DNA of 64,000 nucleotides from the NCBI GenBank assembly GCA_051003155.1, contig JBPCLO010000051.1, forward strand, positions 1 through 64,000, in the 5' to 3' direction. Shown here piece after piece: positions 57,871 through 64,000 of this stretch. The notes beneath the pieces were generated by a model. It was not told the DNA's origin and did no database searches. It worked only from the letters and a program-made list of their open reading frames with translations. This stretch comes from Fimbriimonadales bacterium. GTDB lineage: Bacteria > Armatimonadota > Fimbriimonadia > Fimbriimonadales > ATM1. The number at the start of each line of letters is the position of its first letter. The stretch's first letter is position 1. Position numbers and translations under genes: made by a program.

Positions 57871-59550
57871 ATGCGCTTCTTCGCAACGCTCGCCGCTCTG
57901 ATCGCCGTCACCGCCAACGCACAAGAGATCGAGAAGGCGATCACGACCTACAACGCCGACTTCGGAAGCCTAAGCCGCTCGTACAGCTTCCCGCAATCGC
58001 CGCAGCGCGAGACACGAATGCGCAGGTTCCTAAGCGAAACCCTCGCGAGCCTCCAAGCCAATCCGTTCGACCGCCTCACTTTCTCCGACAAGATCGATTA
58101 CATCGCATTCAAGAACTACCTCGAGCACGGACTGCGCCAACTCGACCTCGACGCCGTCGCCTGGTCTGAAACCAAGCCGCTCGTCCCCTTCTTCAATAGT
58201 ATCATCGAATTCGAAGAGGCGAAGCGGGCGATGCAACCCATCGACGCGCCAAAGGCCGCGGTCATCCTTGAACAACTGAAGAAAGACGTCGACCAAGAGC
58301 GCAAAGCCATCGAAGGCGGCAAGACCGCGAAGAAGTCCCTGGCCAATCGCGCCGCACGCTCCGTCGACAGCCTTCGAATTTCCCTCCGCGAGTGGTACGA
58401 CTTCTACAACGGCTACGACCCTATCTTCACCTGGTGGACCGAGGAGCCCTACAAAGCCGCCGACAGTGCGCTCGACGCCTACGCCAAAGCGCTCCGCGAG
58501 AAAATCGTCGGCATCAAACCAGGCGACGAAAGCGCGATTGTGGGAGACCCCATCGGCGAGGAAGCCCTTCTGAGCGAGCTCGCATACGAGATGATTCCGT
58601 ACAAGCCCAAGGAGCTCATCGAGATCGCAAACAAGGAGTATGCTTGGTGCGAGGCCGAGATGAAGAAGGCTTCCCGCGAGATGGGCTACGGCGACGACTG
58701 GAAGAAAGCACTCGAAAAGGTCAAAACCATGCACGTCGAGCCGGGGAAGCAGCCCGACCTCGTCCGGGACCTGGCCCTCGAAGCGATTGCGTTCCTGGAC
58801 GAACACGACCTCGTCACCATCCCCGAGCTATGCCGCGAGACGTGGAGGCGCGAGATGATGTCGCCCCGGCAGCAGCTCATAAGCCCATTCTTCCTGGGCG
58901 GCGAGGTGATCCAAATCGCCTACCCCACGAACACGATGTCGCACGAGGCCAAGATGATGAGCATGCGCGGAAACAACATCCACTTCGCCCGCGCCACCGT
59001 TCACCACGAGCTCATCCCCGGCCACCACCTGGACGGCTTCATGAGCGAGCGCCACCGTCCCTACCGCAGCCTTTTCTGGACGCCGTTCTACGGCGAAGGC
59101 TGGGCGCTCTACTGGGAGATGCTTCTTTGGGACCTCGGCTTCGCCAAATCGCCCGAGAACAAAGTCGGCATGCTGTTTTGGCGCATGCACCGCTGCGCCC
59201 GCATCATCTTCTCGCTTGGTTTCCATCTGGAGCAGATGACTCCGCAGCAGTGCATTGACTTCCTCGTGGATAGGGTGGGCCACGAACGCGCAAACGCCGA
59301 AGCCGAGGTCCGAAGGTCGCTCAGCGGCGCCTACGGCCCGCTCTACCAATGCGCCTACATGCTGGGCGGCCTCCAGTTCCGCGCCCTCCACAAAGAGATG
59401 GTGGGCTCAGGCAAAATGACCAACCGCCAGTTCCACGACGCCATCCTCCACGAGAACTGCCTCCCGGTAGAACTAGTACGCGTCATCCTCCGCAAGGACA
59501 ATGTCGGAAGGGACTTCCGCTCCTCGTGGCGCTTCTACGAGGCTAACTAG
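57871..59550 (+). CDS. DUF885 family exported protein
   Basis: Motifs HELIPGHH, EGWALYWE and YQCAYMLG; signal peptide. Confidence 0.9.
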   Translation: MRFFATLAALIAVTANAQEIEKAITTYNADFGSLSRSYSFPQSPQRETRMRRFLSETLASLQANPFDRLTFSDKIDYIAFKNYLEHGLRQLDLDAVAWSETKPLVPFFNSIIEFEEAKRAMQPIDAPKAAVILEQLKKDVDQERKAIEGGKTAKKSLANRAARSVDSLRISLREWYDFYNGYDPIFTWWTEEPYKAADSALDAYAKALREKIVGIKPGDESAIVGDPIGEEALLSELAYEMIPYKPKELIEIANKEYAWCEAEMKKASREMGYGDDWKKALEKVKTMHVEPGKQPDLVRDLALEAIAFLDEHDLVTIPELCRETWRREMMSPRQQLISPFFLGGEVIQIAYPTNTMSHEAKMMSMRGNNIHFARATVHHELIPGHHLDGFMSERHRPYRSLFWTPFYGEGWALYWEMLLWDLGFAKSPENKVGMLFWRMHRCARIIFSLGFHLEQMTPQQCIDFLVDRVGHERANAEAEVRRSLSGAYGPLYQCAYMLGGLQFRALHKEMVGSGKMTNRQFHDAILHENCLPVELVRVILRKDNVGRDFRSSWRFYEAN

Positions 59551-59570
59551 CCTGAACTGTAAGAACGAAC

Positions 59571-59602
59571 CCTAGAGGTCCTAGAAGTCCTATTCGTCCT
59601 AC
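59571..59602. repeat. degenerate 9-bp tandem repeat
   Basis: cctagaggt cctagaagt cctattcgt cctac between convergent genes. Confidence 0.6.
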
Positions 59603-59605
59603 GCC

Positions 59606-60388
59606 CTAGAACGAATTCTCCGAGCCCGGGAATGTCTTCCTGCGAACGTCGGCGGCGTATGCGCGCAGCGCATCGGTAATCACCGCTCGGCCCTCCAGAA
59701 ACCGCTTCGTGTGCTTAAACGCCTCGCCGGCCGAGAGGCCCAAAATGTCATGCCAAACCTGAACTTCCCCGTCGCAGTCCGGCCCTGCGCCGATGCCGAT
59801 CGTGGGGATCGGAAGTTCGTCTGTAATGCGCCGAGCCACAACCGCGGGGATCATCTCAAGCACCACCGAAAATACGCCCGCGTCGGCGATCTTCTTTCCG
59901 GCTTCGAGCACAACGTCCGCCTTGTTGCCTCGCCCCTGCACCCGGAATCCGCCAAAGGAGTGCACGCTCTGCGGCGTCATTCCGATGTGGCCCATTACGG
60001 GTACTCCCGCCGCCACGAGCCCGCCTATCGCGCCCATGTACGGCCCTTCGAGCTTCACAGCCGCGGCGCCGGCTTTGACCAATTCGATCCCCGAACGGAT
60101 CGCGTCCTCAGCGCTTGCTTGGAAAGAGCCGAACGGCATGTCCGCCACCAACAGCGCGCGCTTGCAGCCGCGGGCGGCCGCGGAAACGTGGTGGATCATC
60201 TCGTCAAGGGTCACCGGTAGCGTGTTTTCATATCCCAGTGTCGTGTTTCCGACCGAATCGCCCACCAAAATCAGATCCACGCCCGCCTCGTCCGCCATCT
60301 GCGCGCTCGGCGTGTCGTACGCTGTAACACAGACGATTCGCCCCCCTTTCATCGAGGAGATCTTAGGCGCGGTCATGACTTCGGACAT
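59606..60388 (-). CDS. panB: 3-methyl-2-oxobutanoate hydroxymethyltransferase
   Basis: Motifs TAYD, LVGDS, DMPF, VKLEG, GHIGMTPQ and IGIGAG. Confidence 0.96.
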   Translation of the reverse strand: MSEVMTAPKISSMKGGRIVCVTAYDTPSAQMADEAGVDLILVGDSVGNTTLGYENTLPVTLDEMIHHVSAAARGCKRALLVADMPFGSFQASAEDAIRSGIELVKAGAAAVKLEGPYMGAIGGLVAAGVPVMGHIGMTPQSVHSFGGFRVQGRGNKADVVLEAGKKIADAGVFSVVLEMIPAVVARRITDELPIPTIGIGAGPDCDGEVQVWHDILGLSAGEAFKHTKRFLEGRAVITDALRAYAADVRRKTFPGSENSF

Positions 60389-60430
60389 CGCGAGCCGAGG
60401 TTACCTCCCTCGGGTACAATTTGCGTCCGC

Positions 60431-60515
60431 GCGCGGGTGGTGGAATGGTAGACACGCATGCTTGAGGTGCATGTGCCCAAAAGGCGTGAAGGTTCGAGTC
60501 CTTTTCCGCGCACCA
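60431..60515 (+). tRNA. tRNA-Leu(GAG)
   Basis: GCGCGGGTGGTGGAATGGTAGACACGCATGCTTGAGGTGCATG...GGTTCGAGTCCTTTTCCGCGCACCA. Confidence 0.93.
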
Positions 60516-60530
60516 TAGAATCTCAGGTAG

Positions 60531-61508
60531 ATGTCGAACCTACGTCGGCAAGCAGTAGCTTTTCCCCTCATGCCCGTTATCCTAAGCTACATCGGGATCA
60601 CGGCGATAGTCTTGGCTGTGGATGCTGTTCCCGCGGCCGGAGCGTCCGACATCGACACCGCCAAGACCAGGGCGGCTGAGTTCGAGCTCCTTACCCGGAA
60701 CTATGGGGGCATGTCCGGGAGGCCGATCGGCCCGGCCAGTTCCGCCGCCGCCGACCTATACGTGCGGCGATACGACTCAAACCGCAATAAGGCTGCCGCA
60801 ATCATCCCCGACATTGGACAGCAACTTAGGGCCGTGTTGTCCGCGTCGTCGGCACAACTCGCGCGTCTGATCGACGTCGGGCCGCAGAACCTGCGCCTTC
60901 AAGCTTGTCTCGAAGCAGGTATCCGAAGGGATGCCCGGTGCGTGCCACAAATGATCAAAGCTACAAGGGGCGCCGGCAAAGCGCTCCAAATCGCAGCCGC
61001 GCAAGCTCTCATACCAATGCCGATCGCCAAGACGCGGCCGACGTTCGCGAAGCACCTTGCGGGAAAAGACGCAGCCTTGCGTCTCGTATCCGCTTATGCC
61101 CTCGCAAGGCACAAAGACGACCGCGGAGCGACCGTTCTTTGGAAGTCGCTGGGGTGGCCAACCCAAAACGTACCGGAATCGTTTCGATTCGACGTCGCCA
61201 ACGCGCTAATGGACGCGGGCCAAGCCAGGACTAGGTGGCAGCTGGACAAACTCTTCCGACTCCTCGACGGGGATGCGCGACGGCTGTGCCCGCGCCTCGC
61301 CGCACGTGGCGATGGAGTCGCTCTTCGCAAGCTGAGGCACTGCCTTACCGACATGAGCCTGTACCACGGTGTCCGCAAATGGGCTGCCATGGCGCTTGGC
61401 GATATACGTGATCGGCGTGCTGTACCCCAACTACGCCGCGCACTCGGCGATCAGGTCAAGTCCGTTCGCACCGCAGCGGCTGCCGCACTCCACCGAATCT
61501 TGAAATAG
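60531..61508 (+). CDS. HEAT repeat domain protein
   Basis: VRKWAAMALGDIRDRRAVPQLRRALGD..VRTAAAAAL repeats; hydrophobic N-terminus. Confidence 0.75.
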   Translation: MSNLRRQAVAFPLMPVILSYIGITAIVLAVDAVPAAGASDIDTAKTRAAEFELLTRNYGGMSGRPIGPASSAAADLYVRRYDSNRNKAAAIIPDIGQQLRAVLSASSAQLARLIDVGPQNLRLQACLEAGIRRDARCVPQMIKATRGAGKALQIAAAQALIPMPIAKTRPTFAKHLAGKDAALRLVSAYALARHKDDRGATVLWKSLGWPTQNVPESFRFDVANALMDAGQARTRWQLDKLFRLLDGDARRLCPRLAARGDGVALRKLRHCLTDMSLYHGVRKWAAMALGDIRDRRAVPQLRRALGDQVKSVRTAAAAALHRILK

Positions 61509-61536
61509 AGGGTACTCGCCGCTCGTACAGTAGCTT

Positions 61537-62346
61537 ATGCTTATCCCAATCGCTCTTATGGCCATCGGCGGCGACGACTGCTGCGCGTCCATGAAGGACT
61601 TCGCGAAGGACCCGGGGTTTCGCGCCGAACACCTCGCTCCTAAGAATATGAGTTTCACGCCGCAGCACGGCTCGATGGGGACGCTCGATTTCGGCACCGG
61701 AAAGGCTCCGGTCTTTATCGTTCCGCCCGCCAAAGACGCACGGGCAGCCGTGATCGTCGTCCATGAGTGGTGGGGCCTGAACGACTATATCAAGCGCGAG
61801 GCGGAGCGGCTGCACAAAGACACCGGCTACGGTGTCGTCGCAATCGATCTGTACGGCGGCAAGGTCGCCACGACCTCCGAGGAGGCAGGCAAGCTGATCC
61901 AAGCGGTCGACGATGCCACTGCGAAAGCTATCGTAAGGGCCGCACCGGAACAGATCGAGAACGGCAAGCTCTTCGGACGCAAGCTCGAAAAGGTCGGAAC
62001 GCTGGGCTGGTGCTTCGGCGGAGGATGGTCGTTCCAGACTGCCCTGCTCGGTGGCGACAAGGTCGACGCATGCGCATTGTATTACGGCATGCCCGAAACC
62101 GACCCGGCGAAGCTTCGCGACCTGAAGGCGCCAGTTCTCGGCATCTTTGGCAACCAGGACCAGCGGCTGAACGCCGTCCTCGTGGGTAGATTCGCGGAGG
62201 GCATGGCCGGCGCTGCGAGACCGCTCGAGCTGCGCGTCTACAATGCGGGCCACGCCTTCGCCAATCCAAGCAACCCCAAGTACGACAAGGAGAACGCGGA
62301 GGACGCTTGGCAAGCGACGCTGGTATTCTTCAAGCGATATTTATGA
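61537..62346 (+). CDS. dienelactone hydrolase family protein
   Basis: Motifs HEWWGLN, GWCFGG, YYG and AGHAFAN. Confidence 0.93.
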   Translation: MLIPIALMAIGGDDCCASMKDFAKDPGFRAEHLAPKNMSFTPQHGSMGTLDFGTGKAPVFIVPPAKDARAAVIVVHEWWGLNDYIKREAERLHKDTGYGVVAIDLYGGKVATTSEEAGKLIQAVDDATAKAIVRAAPEQIENGKLFGRKLEKVGTLGWCFGGGWSFQTALLGGDKVDACALYYGMPETDPAKLRDLKAPVLGIFGNQDQRLNAVLVGRFAEGMAGAARPLELRVYNAGHAFANPSNPKYDKENAEDAWQATLVFFKRYL

Positions 62347-62996
62347 GGAAGTTTGCGACCGTAATCGGGATTGCACTCGCCATCCAGTCTCAAGCGCAGG
62401 AAAAACCCGAACCGAAAAAGGTCCAGGATCCGCCGCCGTCGGTCCCTACCTGAACCGGGTGACCCGGTGAGGGGGGCTTCCTCGGTTCGGGGGAGATTCA
62501 AAAGGAATGGGTGTTCAGCGCCAGATACGTCGACATCGACGCCGACCGTGCTCGCTACCGCCTAACCGCCGCCTACCGCTTCACGCCGAGACTCCAGGCC
62601 GGGCTCGAATACAACCCCGCGGCTGACGAGATTGGTTTCATCGGCAACTATATCCTTGCGACCGAGACGCCCGAGTCCCCGGCAATCAGCCTCGGCACGT
62701 CCAGCGACCGCATTGGCACCCCGGCCGGACCGAAGATGTATTACGTAACCTTCTCCAAGGGCCTCTCAAGCCTCAAGCTTGTGCCCTACGTCTCTATCGC
62801 CTATTCCGAGCACGACGACGGCATTAACTTCCCATTCGGGGCGACCTATTGGATCACGCCGCAGTGGTCTATTCTCGGCATGAATGACGGCCGCAAATCG
62901 CACCTCATGCTGAACCACCTGCAGCACGATTTCAGCGTGTCGCTCATGCTGGTGCGTATGGAGCGATTCGGGCTGAGCCTCGCTTGGGGCTTCTGA
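62343..62996 (+). CDS. predicted exported beta-barrel-like selenoprotein with U-T-G-U (two Sec), 217 aa
   Basis: ATG overlaps the DLH stop (ATGA). Signal peptide MRKFATVIGIALAIQSQA, Pro-rich linker, TGA (62451-53) ACC GGG TGA (62460-62), then the same frame continues into the 62511-62996 ORF ending LSLAWGF. Confidence 0.75.
62452..62491 (+). promoter_or_regulatory. putative overlapping SECIS-like hairpins
   Basis: GAACCGGG/CTCGGTTC enclosing CCC-GGTGA-GGG; after UGA2, CCCG/CGGG plus GAGGGG-GGC-TTCCTC. Confidence 0.5.
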
Positions 62997-63020
62997 AAAG
63001 CTAATAGGTATTCTCAAGGT

Positions 63021-63875
63021 GTGGAACCATTCCTGGGAGAGGAGCCGGTTGGCTGGCCCATGCTCGTCGACGTCGCGCTGGGGGAGGATATCGGACATGG
63101 GGACGTCACGCGGTTCGCCGTGCCCGACGACGCGCGGTCCTATTATGAAATCGAAGCCCAAGCGGACGGCGTGGTTTGCGGCGTCGGAATCGCCCTCGAC
63201 CTTTTGACCCCGCTCGGCGACGCAGAGGAAGACGAGTTCATCGAATACAAAATGGTCGACGGCGACGCCGTATCCTCAGGATCGATTGTCTTGGCGGGCC
63301 GCCTTCAGACCCGAGAACTCCTGAGAAATGAGAGAACAGCCCTCAACTTCCTCATGCATCTCTCGGGCGTTGCAGCGCTCACGTCGCAATATGTCGCAAA
63401 GACAGAAGGCACCAAAGCGAAAATCCTCGACACTCGCAAGACGCTTCCGGGTCTCCGGCCCTTACAGAAGTACGCCGTGAAGTGCGGCGGCGGGGTTAAC
63501 CACCGCATGGGCCTCTTCGACGGAGTACTTATCAAGGACAACCATATTAAGGCCGCCGGCGGAGTCGTGCAAGCTATTCAGGCTATTCGGGGGAAAGCCC
63601 CGCACACGATGCGCGTCGAGATCGAGTGCACGACCGTAGCACAAGTGGACCGGGCGATCGGCGCGGGTGCGGACATCATACTCCTCGACAATATGTCCCT
63701 GGGTGAAATGACCGACGCCGTGGGCATCGGCCGAGGAAAGGTTCTCTTCGAGGCCAGCGGCGGGGTAAACCTCGACTCGGTCGCCGACATCGCGAAAACC
63801 GGGGTGGACTACATCTCAGTAGGAGCACTTACGCATTCAGCTGCCTCTCTTCCATTTCATCTCGAATTCCGATGA
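63021..63875 (+). CDS. nadC: nicotinate-nucleotide diphosphorylase (quinolinate phosphoribosyltransferase)
   Basis: Motifs EDIG.GDVT, ERTALN, DTRKT.PG.R, NHR.GL.D, KDNH, LLDN and EASGG. Confidence 0.96.
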   Translation: MEPFLGEEPVGWPMLVDVALGEDIGHGDVTRFAVPDDARSYYEIEAQADGVVCGVGIALDLLTPLGDAEEDEFIEYKMVDGDAVSSGSIVLAGRLQTRELLRNERTALNFLMHLSGVAALTSQYVAKTEGTKAKILDTRKTLPGLRPLQKYAVKCGGGVNHRMGLFDGVLIKDNHIKAAGGVVQAIQAIRGKAPHTMRVEIECTTVAQVDRAIGAGADIILLDNMSLGEMTDAVGIGRGKVLFEASGGVNLDSVADIAKTGVDYISVGALTHSAASLPFHLEFR

Positions 63876-64000
63876 AACCGGTGCGGTCTCGGTCTCGAAA
63901 ACTGATCGAAGTCGACTCGATCGGCTCCACGCAGACCGAGTTAGCGACTTATGTCAAGCAAGGCCGCGAGGATATCGCGGCGATCTTAGCCAAGGAACAG
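63872..64000 (+). CDS. birA: biotin-protein ligase, 5' part (runs off window)
   Basis: ATGA overlap with nadC; IEVDSIGSTQ...ILAKEQ matches the start of the BirA catalytic domain. Confidence 0.65.
   Translation, partial: MKPVRSRSRKLIEVDSIGSTQTELATYVKQGREDIAAILAKEQ

Noticed and set aside
7901..60515. Prophage or ICE integrated at one of the tRNAs
   Set aside because: No integrase, transposase or phage genes, and no duplicated tRNA 3' ends were seen.
62451..62462. UGA reassigned to Trp or Gly (alternative genetic code)
   Set aside because: TGA is the normal stop of many intact genes here (mrr, ACAD, nadC, rsmG) and Trp is encoded by TGG, so only site-specific recoding fits.

Overview
This is a GC-rich bacterial chromosomal window. 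PEP-CTERM genes, DUF1559/H-X9-DG-like domains and lipid A genes suggest a diderm, probably Armatimonadota/Fimbriimonadia (inference only). It is mostly intact housekeeping and peptidase genes (nadK, pth, rsmG, three pilT/pilU paralogs, leuC, uvrB, gpmA, nuoM, pcm, lpxK/lpxL, ptrB, panB, nadC, birA) plus five tRNAs. Many small decayed accessory genes lie between them: two PEP-CTERM genes, VOC, HicA/HicB, a GIY-YIG-like gene, two 5'-truncated Fpg/Nei copies and an RtcB half. The window carries selenocysteine-trait markers: tRNA-Sec(UCA) and a SelD with an in-frame UGA followed by a hairpin. The main discovery is at 62343-62996, an apparently unannotated exported, beta-barrel-like protein. Its ORF is continuous only if two in-frame UGA codons (U-T-G-U) are read as selenocysteine, and both have downstream SECIS-like hairpins. 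Family assignments are from motif recognition by eye; no database searches were run.
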